NCBI GenBank assembly: GCA_965247095.1
Contig: OZ251997.1
Span: 3,424,001 to 3,488,000, forward strand
Direction: 5' to 3'
Source: Candidatus Multivorans sp.
GTDB taxonomy: Bacteria; Acidobacteriota; Thermoanaerobaculia; Multivoradales; Multivoraceae
DNA length: 64,000 bases
The notes beneath the pieces are model-generated. The model searched no databases, was not told the origin of the DNA, and saw only the letters and a program-made list of their open reading frames with translations. Positions 9,309-17,471 of this stretch are shown here, one piece after another. The first letter of the stretch is position 1; every line of letters starts with the position of its first letter. The position numbers were made by a program, and so were the translations under genes.

Positions 9309-10187
9309 TCATGGCCCCGCTAGACCGCTTGCCAAGTCGCTGAACTCGCTAAAGTCGTCCGACCCATCGGACTGAATCGCATATCGGAATCGAAGCTCGT
9401 CCCTGTCCTCCTGACGACTATCATCCTTGATGCCGAGCACATGAAGCGCGGCGTAGAAGCCGTGGATGTTACGCAGCACGACGATCTGTCCGAGACGAGG
9501 AGTCCGGGTGCGCGAAGTGTAGTCCAAGGATGAGGCGTCCGTTACCTGCGAGATCGCCGTGCATTCTCGGGCCAGTGCCACGCCGTTGATGGACTTCGGG
9601 TCGTTGTACACATGAATACTGGTGTCGCTGGCTTTCGTCCACCTCGTTTCGAATTCAAACACTCCAGAGCCGATGACGTAATGGCCGTTGAAGCCGCTGT
9701 AGTCGAACACGACCTCGCCAGTCGACGATGTCATTCTCGGGGGTGGCACTTGGGACGCCTTGCCGGCGAAGGGCTGAACGCCCAGCTTATTGGCGATCAT
9801 CGTCGCGAGTTGCGCAGGGGTGTGCTTCCGGGCGCACTCGTAGATGATGTCCGTGGGCAGACCGAGCGCTCGTGCGTCATCGAATCGCACCGGGAGGATG
9901 TATTCCTCTTTTTCCTCGATCATCCGGCTAAGGGCCGACCGCCTTTCATGCCTGGGCCAAGCCTTGGACACATAGGCTTCGGAGATGAACATCACGACGT
10001 AGGCGCTCTCTTCGGCGAATGCCTCATGGAATGCCTCCGAGCCGCTGCGGCCCCAAAGGTCGATCTTTTCGAAACCGTCGTAGAAGACGTCGATGGATCG
10101 ACCATGGAGATGCTGGGCGACCTGCTCCACGTAGTCACGCTGTTCCCCGGCAAAAGACAGTGCTACTTGATACTTCGGGCTGTTCAT
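9309..10187 (-). CDS. TIR-domain protein (TIR_2) with a C-terminal beta-rich domain
   Basis: YQVALSFAGEQRDYVEQVA...VFYDGFEKIDLWG...VVMFISEAYVSKAWPRHE (WxxxE catalytic Glu). About 145-aa C-terminal domain GEVVFDYS...ELRFRY. Confidence 0.88.
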   Translation of the reverse strand: MNSPKYQVALSFAGEQRDYVEQVAQHLHGRSIDVFYDGFEKIDLWGRSGSEAFHEAFAEESAYVVMFISEAYVSKAWPRHERRSALSRMIEEKEEYILPVRFDDARALGLPTDIIYECARKHTPAQLATMIANKLGVQPFAGKASQVPPPRMTSSTGEVVFDYSGFNGHYVIGSGVFEFETRWTKASDTSIHVYNDPKSINGVALARECTAISQVTDASSLDYTSRTRTPRLGQIVVLRNIHGFYAALHVLGIKDDSRQEDRDELRFRYAIQSDGSDDFSEFSDLASGLAGP

Positions 10188-10334
10188 GGGACTCCCTATC
10201 CACGCCGTGGTAGCTCTCGAATGTACGCCTTCGCAACGAGGCTTGTATCGCGGTGTTCAGAGTAAGCGACAATTGAACCTACGCCTAGGCGAGCTCGATT
10301 CGACGGACGTCGGCTCCGTGCTTGAACTCTATTC

Positions 10335-11237
10335 CTACAACCTCCCCGTAGCCCGCGCCCGCTCCAGCACCGGCTGATAGATCCGCAACGTCGCCGCATC
10401 CACCAACTGCCCCCCCTTGCCGCCGGCCCCGGCCCCCTTCGCCACCGACTCGTTGTACAGGTCGACCATCTTCTGCGCCTGCTTGATCTCCCTGGGCGAC
10501 GGCGCGAAGACGTCGTTGGCGAGCGGGATCTGGTTGGGGTGGATGCACCACTTGCCGACGGCGCCGAGGGTGGCGGCCCACGTGGCCTGCTTCATGTAGG
10601 CGCCGTCGTTCCGGAAGTCGCCGAAGGGGCCGTCGATGGCGTCGATGCCGGCGGCGCGGCAGGCGGCGATCATGCGGACGCGGTGGGCGGACCACATGTC
10701 GCCGGGGTAGCGGAAGTCCTTGTCGAGCTCGTGGCCGAAGCGCATGCCCATGCTGCCGGAGAGGTCGCCGAAGCCGAGGATGAGCGCCTCGAGGCGGGGC
10801 GAGGAGGTGGCGATCGCTTCGACTTTGGCGAGGCCCTCGGCCTCCTCGATCAGGGCCTCCAGGCCGATCTTGCGGGTGAGCCCGAGCTTCTGCTCCAGGC
10901 CGTCGAGCATGGTCTCGAAGAACCAGATGTCGCGCGGCTGCTTGACCTTGGGCAGGATGATGATGTCGAGGTTCTGGCCGGCGCCTTCGACGACGCTGAT
11001 CACGTCGTCGACGGCCCAGCGGGTGGTGTGGTCGTCGACGCGCACGGAGCGCACCTTGTTGCCCCAGTCGAGATCGTTCAGGCCGTCGATGGCGATCTGG
11101 CGCGCGCCCTCCTTCTTCTCGGGGGAGACGGCGTCCTCCAGGTCGAGGAAGACGAGGTCGGCGTCGCTTCCGGCCGACTTCTCGACCATCCTGGGGTTGC
11201 TGGCCGGCACCGCCAGCTCGGAACGTCTCAGTCGCAT
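10335..11237 (-). CDS. CitE-like CoA-ester lyase (HpcH/HpaI aldolase/citrate lyase beta family), copy 1
   Basis: MRLRRSELAVPASN, FLDLEDAV, ILPKV, LIEEAEG, LGFGDLS, GKWCIHPNQI. Confidence 0.9.
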   Translation of the reverse strand: MRLRRSELAVPASNPRMVEKSAGSDADLVFLDLEDAVSPEKKEGARQIAIDGLNDLDWGNKVRSVRVDDHTTRWAVDDVISVVEGAGQNLDIIILPKVKQPRDIWFFETMLDGLEQKLGLTRKIGLEALIEEAEGLAKVEAIATSSPRLEALILGFGDLSGSMGMRFGHELDKDFRYPGDMWSAHRVRMIAACRAAGIDAIDGPFGDFRNDGAYMKQATWAATLGAVGKWCIHPNQIPLANDVFAPSPREIKQAQKMVDLYNESVAKGAGAGGKGGQLVDAATLRIYQPVLERARATGRL

Positions 11238-11242
11238 CGGGG

Positions 11243-12517
11243 CTACTCCTTGGATTGCTTTTCTGGCGGACGCCTTGCGCCGGATGCGGGCAGGATGCCC
11301 GCGTTCCCAGGGGAGATTCCGAACTGGGCGAGGATCTCTTCGCGGTGCTCGTCGAGCAGGGGCGCCCTGCTCCGCACCCCGGTCTTCGTTTCGGTGTACT
11401 TGATCGGGCTGCCGACGATCCTGACCGGTTCGTTGTCGCCCGGCAGCTCGACTTCGGCGACCATCTCGCGGACCGCGGTGTGGGGGCTCTCGAAGATGTC
11501 GGCCGCAGTCTGCACCGGGCCGCAGGGGACCCGGCCGGCGAGCGCCTCGACGACCTGGTCGCGGGTCTGCGAGCCGGTCCACTCCGAGACGACGCCTTCC
11601 ACGAACTCCCGGTGCTTGCGGCGGGCCGCGAAGTCCTTCGTGCGCTCGTCGTCGGCGAGTTCCGGCCGCCCCATCTCGTGGCAGAGGATCTCCCACTGCG
11701 CCGGCAGCGGCGCTGCGATCGCCACGCCGCCGTCCTTCGCGTCGAAGATGCCGAACGGGCACAGGCTGTGGTGGTGCTTGCCGCGCGGCCCGAGCTGGTT
11801 GCTCTTCGCGGCGCCGTAGTTCGCGAACACGGACTCGCACAGCAGGTTGACGCCGTCGACCATCGCGACGTCCATGAACTGGCCCTTGCCGGTGCGCCGC
11901 GCGTGATGGACCCCGGCGACGACGCCGAGCGCCATGAGTGCTCCGGGAAACAAATCGCCGACGGAGGCACCGCCGGGATAGCCGCTGGCGCCGTCGGGGC
12001 CGTTGATGTGGGCGAAGCCGCCCATCGCCTGGGCCACGATGTCGAAGGCGGGCCAGGCGGCGTACGGGCTCTCGCCGGTCCTGGGATCGCCGAAGCCGCG
12101 GAGCGCCGCGTAGACGATCCTGGGGTTGCGCTCGCGGACGACCTCGTAGCCGACGCCGAGCCGGTCCATCACGCCGGCGCGCATGTTCTCGAGCACCGCG
12201 TCGGCCTGCTCGCACAGGCTGAGGAAGGTTTCGCGGTCGGCTTCGTCCTTGAGGTCGAGCGCGATGCTGCGCTTGTTGCGGTTGATGCTGCCGAAGTAGC
12301 CGCCGAAGTCGCAGCCTCCGTCGACGCCCGCCTTGCCTTCCGCCGGGTGGATGAAGTCCGTAGGCGTCGGAGGCGAGGGCCGCGACATGTCGCCGGTCGG
12401 CGGCTCCACCTTGATCACGTCGGCGCCGAGGTCGGCGAGGATGGCCGAGCCGAACGGCCCGGCGAGCGCCATCGTGCAGTCGACGATGACGAGGTCGCTG
12501 AGGGGGCCTGCGCTCAT
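11243..12517 (-). CDS. CaiB/BaiF family III CoA transferase, copy 1
   Basis: GPFGSAILADLGADVIKVEPPTGD, NRNKRSIALDLK, DAVLENMRAG, AFDIVAQAMGG. The C-terminal tail is encoded by a REP-like repeat. Confidence 0.92.
   Translation of the reverse strand: MSAGPLSDLVIVDCTMALAGPFGSAILADLGADVIKVEPPTGDMSRPSPPTPTDFIHPAEGKAGVDGGCDFGGYFGSINRNKRSIALDLKDEADRETFLSLCEQADAVLENMRAGVMDRLGVGYEVVRERNPRIVYAALRGFGDPRTGESPYAAWPAFDIVAQAMGGFAHINGPDGASGYPGGASVGDLFPGALMALGVVAGVHHARRTGKGQFMDVAMVDGVNLLCESVFANYGAAKSNQLGPRGKHHHSLCPFGIFDAKDGGVAIAAPLPAQWEILCHEMGRPELADDERTKDFAARRKHREFVEGVVSEWTGSQTRDQVVEALAGRVPCGPVQTAADIFESPHTAVREMVAEVELPGDNEPVRIVGSPIKYTETKTGVRSRAPLLDEHREEILAQFGISPGNAGILPASGARRPPEKQSKE
11277..11311. repeat. REP-like palindromic repeat, family A, inside the caiB 3' end
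   Basis: GCGCCGGATGCGGGCAGGATGCCCGCGTTCCCAGG with hairpin GCGGGCA-N3-TGCCCGC. Confidence 0.8.
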
Positions 12518-12548
12518 GGGGTGACGCCTGCAGGCAGACCGGCGCGTC

Positions 12549-12650
12549 GCGCCGGATGCGGGCAAGATGCCCGCGTGCCATCCGTGCGCCCGATGACGGG
12601 CGCACGGAGTGGGTCGCGTGTGGCGCGAACGCGCCACACGGGTTCCCAGG
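12549..12650. repeat. Composite repeat: family B double hairpin nested inside a family A REP-like unit
   Basis: GCGCCGGATGCGGGCAAGATGCCCGCG-[TGCCATCCGTGCGCCCGATGACGGGCGCACGGA...CGTGTGGCGCGAACGCGCCACACGGG]-TTCCCAGG. Confidence 0.8.
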
Positions 12651-12659
12651 GGCCTCTGT

Positions 12660-13136
12660 TCACTGGGCTCCCCAGTGCGAGCGGCGCTTGATCAGCACCT
12701 CGCGCTCGCCTTCGAAGACGATCGTGCCGTCCTGCTTGGTGCCCCAGTGCTTGAAGCGGACGATGCCGGCGTCGTCCCGGTCGGCGTCCCGGGTCTCGAG
12801 CACCTCGGTGTAGGCGGTCAGCGAGTCGCCGAGAAAGACGGGCGCGCGAAAGCGCATCCTGTCGAGGCTGAGTTCGGCGAGCGCGTTCTCGGCCGTGTCC
12901 TGGGTGGCCAGACCGATCACGGTCGAGCCGGTGACGAGGCCGAACACGAGTCGCCGTCCGAAGGGCGAGTCCTTCATCTTGTGCTCGTCGAAGTGACCGT
13001 CGGCAGTGTTCATCACCAGCTTGGTGAGGAGCTGGCTCTCGACCTCTTCGATCGTCGTGCCGCGGGCATGGCGCATCTTCTGGCCGGCGGCGAAGTCCTC
13101 GAAGTAGGTGGAGGAGGAGGTGAGCGCTGCGGTCAC
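12660..13136 (-). CDS. MaoC-family dehydratase, copy 1a
   Basis: YFEDFAAGQKMRHARGTTI...NTADGHFD...RFRAPVFLGDSL. Confidence 0.88.
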   Translation of the reverse strand: MTAALTSSSTYFEDFAAGQKMRHARGTTIEEVESQLLTKLVMNTADGHFDEHKMKDSPFGRRLVFGLVTGSTVIGLATQDTAENALAELSLDRMRFRAPVFLGDSLTAYTEVLETRDADRDDAGIVRFKHWGTKQDGTIVFEGEREVLIKRRSHWGAQ

Positions 13137-13167
13137 GGCGCTGCCTCCTGCCCAGCCGCGGCGGCGC

Positions 13168-13204
13168 GGTTCCCAGAGCGGGCAGGATGCCCGCGTTCCC
13201 AGGG
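13168..13204. repeat. REP-like repeat, family A
   Basis: GGTTCCCAGAGCGGGCAGGATGCCCGCGTTCCCAGGG between the two maoC genes. Confidence 0.8.
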
Positions 13205-13221
13205 CGGAAAGCTGTGGGCCG

Positions 13222-13716
13222 TCATGACGCCGCCTGCCGCCGCTTGGCGACCAGGTTGGTGCGCTGGTAGCTCAGCACGACCTCTCCGTTCTGGTTGCGG
13301 GCCTCCGTCTCCCAGGTGACGATGCCGAAGTGGGGTCTGGAGCCGGACTCGCGGCGACTCACCACGCGGCTCCGGCCGGTGATCGTGTCGCCGGGGTAGA
13401 CCGGCCGGTGGAACTTCACGTCGTTCACGCCGAGGAACGGTCCGCCGCCCTCGGAGAGGTCCTCGACGGACATGCCGACCACGGTGCAAAGCACGAGCAG
13501 CGGGTCGATGACGACGGAGTCGTGGCCGTGGGCTCGTGCGTACTCGGCGTTGAAGTAGAGCGGCGTGAACCGCATCGTGGCGGTGGCGAAGAGCGCGTTG
13601 TCCGCCTCGCTCAGGGTGCGGCCCCAGTGATGCTCGAAGACCCGGCCCTCTTCGAAGTCCTGGTAGCGGTTGCCCTTCTTCTGGAGCGGGAAGGTGGAGA
13701 AGTCTGGATCGGGCAT
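13222..13716 (-). CDS. MaoC-family dehydratase, copy 1b
   Basis: GNRYQDFEEGRVFEHHWGRTLSEADN...PLYFNAEYA...FHRPVYPGDTI. Confidence 0.88.
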   Translation of the reverse strand: MPDPDFSTFPLQKKGNRYQDFEEGRVFEHHWGRTLSEADNALFATATMRFTPLYFNAEYARAHGHDSVVIDPLLVLCTVVGMSVEDLSEGGGPFLGVNDVKFHRPVYPGDTITGRSRVVSRRESGSRPHFGIVTWETEARNQNGEVVLSYQRTNLVAKRRQAAS

Positions 13717-13791
13717 TGCGGCAGTGGTTCTACCACGCGTTCTGCGCCTGGATCCTGACGATGGCGGGCTTCGCCAGTGGCTACGACGACG

Positions 13792-14256
13792 TTAGCGCAA
13801 CGGAGGGAAGTTGATCGTTACGAACTGGAACACAGCTACAGGCTCTCCGTGAAGCGTCGCGGGCCGGTACTTGCGGCGCTTGAGGGCCCTCACCACCGCC
13901 GTTGCGAGTCCGTAACCGGGATCCTGGAGAACGACCGGGTCTTCCACCCTTCCGCGCTCGTTGACGATGTAACCGACCACCACAGCACCATAGACACCTG
14001 CCGCCCACGCCTCCCTGGTGCGCCTCGGCTCATAGGAGTAGGGGTTCTTTCGCACAGGCGGTTCCAGTCCGTCCACCGGCTTGCCGCCCACCGTCAACGT
14101 GTAGATCTCCCTATCCCCCGCCGCTTGGCGTGTTGCCTCACGATAGGTGCCGGAGACGAGTCGGATGGCGAAGACGTAGTGATCGGCGCTGTTGGCGTGT
14201 GGCTGATTGACGTAGCGTTGCGCCGATGAAACGGCCACGTCGTGCAGTCCCTCCAC
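13792..14256 (-). CDS. TonB C-terminal domain protein (possibly 5' truncated)
   Basis: REAWAAGVYGAVVVGYIVNERGRVEDPVVLQDPGYGLATAVVRALKRRKYRPATLHGEPVAV matches the TonB_C pattern. Confidence 0.7.
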   Translation of the reverse strand: MEGLHDVAVSSAQRYVNQPHANSADHYVFAIRLVSGTYREATRQAAGDREIYTLTVGGKPVDGLEPPVRKNPYSYEPRRTREAWAAGVYGAVVVGYIVNERGRVEDPVVLQDPGYGLATAVVRALKRRKYRPATLHGEPVAVFQFVTINFPPLR

Positions 14257-14310
14257 CTCTGCCGTTCCGGCGTGGACAACCCAGAAGCGGCGCGGCAGTT
14301 CCAGGTCGGG

Positions 14311-14645
14311 ATGGAGCCTCTTGAGTCGGCGCCAGGGGGGCGCTCAGCCTCCACCGAGGCGTCTATCTCTACGTGGGGAGCGCACGCGGTCCAGGCGGCC
14401 TGGCGGCGAGATTGCGGCGCCACGCCCGCCCGGTCGATCGGCTCCACTGGCACGTCGACTACATCCGCCGCCAGGCCGAGCCCTTGCTCGCATTCGTTTG
14501 CTCAGGCTCGCATCGGCACGAATGCGAGTGGGCCGGTGTGCTGGAGTCCCGGTCGCGACGGCGTCGAAGCGCACCTCCGTCAGTCGGACGGATGCGACGT
14601 GCGGGCGAGCGCGTCGCCATCCTTGAAACGGAAACCGTGCCCTGA
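14311..14645 (+). pseudogene. Degenerate DUF123/GIY-YIG nuclease-family gene
   Basis: GVYLYVGSARGPGGLAARLRRHARPVDRLHWHVDYI...ECEWA. The putative start MEPLESAPG is in another frame and the C-terminus is eroded. Confidence 0.65.
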
Positions 14646-14822
14646 TCTCGCTCTCCCTCAAGCAGTTGCAGAGGGCCGGCCGCGCGTGGGGCGTGAGGAT
14701 TCTGGGGACGGGGTTGTGGGGTGGAAGCCGAAAAGTTTCGGCGCAAGGACAATTGGTCTTGACGACAGCCCTCCGTGCGGTCATTCTCGGAACGCTGAAC
14801 TCGATTCACACGGAGGACTGAA

Positions 14823-15977
14823 ATGCGCTCGACTATTCTCGCTGCCCTGCTCGTGGTGCTCGCGGCTCCGGCCGGGCTCCAGGCCCAGGCCATGGAATCG
14901 GCCGAACCCTTCAAAGTCGGCACCTTCCAGATCGACGGGGAGGCCGTCGTGGGGCTCGTGCTGCGGGATTCGCTGATCGTCGACATCGGCGCGGCGAACA
15001 CCGAGCTGGAGCTGGATTCAATCTACCCCCGCCTCGCCATGCCGGCCGACATGCTCGAGTTGATCGGCCAGTACGAGTACGGCCTCAAGTACCGGCTCTA
15101 CGAGATCGTCAACGACCTCGTCGCCGGGAACCGGCTGTCGGGGGGCACGCGCGCCGCCTACGTCCACGACGTCGACGACGTCAGGATCCTTGCGCCGATC
15201 CTGTATCCGAGCAAGCTGATGAACGCGGCGGTCAACTTCTACACACACGCGTGCGAGGGCTGCACCGAGGAGGAGCTGAAGGCGCGGACCAGGGAGCGGC
15301 AGGAGAACCGGGGCGTGCCCTACCTGTTCTTGAAGCCCACCCGCGGCGCGATCATCGGCAGCGGCGAGAACATCGTGATGCCCTACGGCCGTGACCGGAT
15401 CGAATGGGAAGTCGAAATGGCCATCGTCTTCGGCCGCACGGGCAAGTACATCTCCGCGAGCCGTGCATACGACCACGTGTTCGGCTACATGGTCGCCATG
15501 GACGTATCCGATCGTGGCGGGCGTCCTCCGGGTGGCTTCGGCTCCGGCCGCCTGGACTGGTTCGTCGGTAAGGGCCATGACACGTTCGCGCCCCATGGGC
15601 CCTGGATCGTTCCGAAGGAGTTCTACGGCGACCCGATGGAGCGCTTGCACCAGAGCCTGGTCATCGACGGCGTGACCGTCCAGGAGGCCAGGGCGGGAGA
15701 CATGATCCACAACATCCCGGAGCTGATCGAGTACGCGTCGTCGCTCATTACCGTATTCCCTGGTGACGTTCTGCAAAGCGGGACGTCCGGCGGAACCGGC
15801 GCCGGTCGCGTCGAGCGCGCGACAGGCTCCGGGTACCTGCAGGCGGGCGAGACGATCAGCGCCAGCATCGAGGGGATCGGCACGCTGACCCACACCGTCA
15901 TAGCCGAGGAGAGCGTTCCGGCTGACCTGTCCGGCGCGCAGCTCCCGCCGGTCGAGACCTATCGCCCGCCACGCTGA
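14823..15977 (+). CDS. Fumarylacetoacetate hydrolase family protein with signal peptide
   Basis: PYLFLKP, IEWEVEMAIVFG, MDVSDR, GKGHDTFAPHGPWIV, PGDVLQSGT. Sec-type leader MRSTILAALLVVLAAPAGLQAQA. Confidence 0.88.
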   Translation: MRSTILAALLVVLAAPAGLQAQAMESAEPFKVGTFQIDGEAVVGLVLRDSLIVDIGAANTELELDSIYPRLAMPADMLELIGQYEYGLKYRLYEIVNDLVAGNRLSGGTRAAYVHDVDDVRILAPILYPSKLMNAAVNFYTHACEGCTEEELKARTRERQENRGVPYLFLKPTRGAIIGSGENIVMPYGRDRIEWEVEMAIVFGRTGKYISASRAYDHVFGYMVAMDVSDRGGRPPGGFGSGRLDWFVGKGHDTFAPHGPWIVPKEFYGDPMERLHQSLVIDGVTVQEARAGDMIHNIPELIEYASSLITVFPGDVLQSGTSGGTGAGRVERATGSGYLQAGETISASIEGIGTLTHTVIAEESVPADLSGAQLPPVETYRPPR

Positions 15978-16001
15978 CGGGACGGACGTGCATTCGCTGG
16001 T

Positions 16002-17471
16002 CTAGTTACCGGGCGTCTCGCCGCCGCGCGCATCCGGCGCGTCGTACTTCGGCAACCGGGCGATGAGCTCGGCCTTGATGTCCGCCATCTCGGGGTCGTC
16101 AGCCCGATTCATCCACTCGTTGGGATCGGACTCGAGATCGTAGAGCTCTTCGGCGCCATCGGCATAGCGGATGTAGCGGTAGTGATCGTACGTCACCGCG
16201 TGATTGCGATAGCCGTTGGTCGTCAGGACGGATCGATCCCACTCGGCGTCCGGGTCCTTCAGTAACGGCACGAGACTCACGCCCTCGATGTGATCGGGCG
16301 TCTCGAGCCCGGTCAGCTCGGTCAGGGTCGGGTAGATGTCCATCAGTGAAACGGTGGCCGCGGAACGCGTCCCCGCCTCGGTCACGCCAGGCGCGACGAC
16401 GATGATCGGCACACGGGTCGACTCGTTCCAGAGGGTCTGTTTTCGCCAGCGCGACTTCTCGCCGAGATGAAATCCATGGTCGGACCACAAGACGATGATG
16501 GTGTTTTCCGCGCGACCACTTTCCTCGAGTGCGTCGAGCACCTGTCCCAGCATGGCATCGGCGAAGCTGACGCTGGCCAGGTACGCGCGCACGCCTTCCC
16601 GCCAGACACCGGCCTCGAGTACCCACCGATGGAGCTCCATGGACGCCAACTCGCCACCGGAATCCTGTTTCATGTAGTCCGGGATGTCGTCCAGATCGCT
16701 CTCCGGGACGCTCGGCAGCTCGATGTCCTCCAGCGGGTACATGTCGAAGTACTTCTGGGGCAGATACCAGGGAAGATGGGGACGGTAGATGCCCACGGCA
16801 TGAAAGCGCGGGCCCGCGCCCGGAGCAAGGATCTGTTCAACGGACCAGGCGGCTACCTGGCCGTCGCCCATGGCCCGGTCATCGGCGACGACACTGGACC
16901 AGTCGAAGTTCCGGTTGAGGGGCGTTCCGTTGGCCGGTCGGTCGTGGGGCCTGACCTCGTCGGGAATCTGCCGTTCAAGTGAAGGGTAGTAGGCGTCCCA
17001 CGCCGTGGTGTCGTTGTAGCCGAAATAGGCCCAGGCGCTAAAGGTCGAACTGTGAAAAAGCTTACCCGCGCCGACGGTCGTGTAACCGGCATCCTGAAAG
17101 TGTCCCGGGATGGTCCGAATGTCCTGAAACGTCTCCTGAATCCGCCAGTCGGGAAAGTTCTGATAGATGCCCGAGGTCGAGGGCAGCAGGCCGGTCATCA
17201 TGGCCGTTCGCGATGGGTTGCAGAGGACGCTGGGCGAGCGGGCGTTCGTGAATAGCATCCCCCGTTCCGCGAGCCGATCCATGTTCGGCGTCTTGACTTG
17301 GGTATTGCCGCCCAGGGGGCCGACCCAGTCGTTCAGGTCGTCGATCGAAACAAACAGGACGTCGGGGCGCTCGCCTGCGTCTGTTTGTGCGAGAACGGAT
17401 CCCGGCGGCGCGGTCAGTACCGTCGCGAGAACGATTCCGAGGACTCTGATCGCGCGTAATCCAGCATTCAT
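16002..17471 (-). CDS. Sulfatase (iduronate-2-sulfatase/choline-sulfatase-like)
   Basis: RPDVLFVSIDDLNDW, CNPSRTAMMTG (CxPxR), GIYRPHLPW, WSDHGFHLGEK. Signal peptide from ATG 17471. Confidence 0.9.
   Translation of the reverse strand: MNAGLRAIRVLGIVLATVLTAPPGSVLAQTDAGERPDVLFVSIDDLNDWVGPLGGNTQVKTPNMDRLAERGMLFTNARSPSVLCNPSRTAMMTGLLPSTSGIYQNFPDWRIQETFQDIRTIPGHFQDAGYTTVGAGKLFHSSTFSAWAYFGYNDTTAWDAYYPSLERQIPDEVRPHDRPANGTPLNRNFDWSSVVADDRAMGDGQVAAWSVEQILAPGAGPRFHAVGIYRPHLPWYLPQKYFDMYPLEDIELPSVPESDLDDIPDYMKQDSGGELASMELHRWVLEAGVWREGVRAYLASVSFADAMLGQVLDALEESGRAENTIIVLWSDHGFHLGEKSRWRKQTLWNESTRVPIIVVAPGVTEAGTRSAATVSLMDIYPTLTELTGLETPDHIEGVSLVPLLKDPDAEWDRSVLTTNGYRNHAVTYDHYRYIRYADGAEELYDLESDPNEWMNRADDPEMADIKAELIARLPKYDAPDARGGETPGN

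Noticed and set aside
9309-10187. Calling the TIR gene Thoeris thsB
   Set aside because: No ThsA (SIR2-SLOG or Macro-TM) neighbour, and the TIR is of the SFAGE/TIR_2 type with an extra C-terminal domain.
10335-12605. Apparent 756-aa and 767-aa CitE fusion proteins (also 34067..36370)
   Set aside because: The N-terminal extensions are out-of-frame readings of caiB. The real starts are MRLRRSEL at 11237 and 34969, each with a Shine-Dalgarno AAGGAG.
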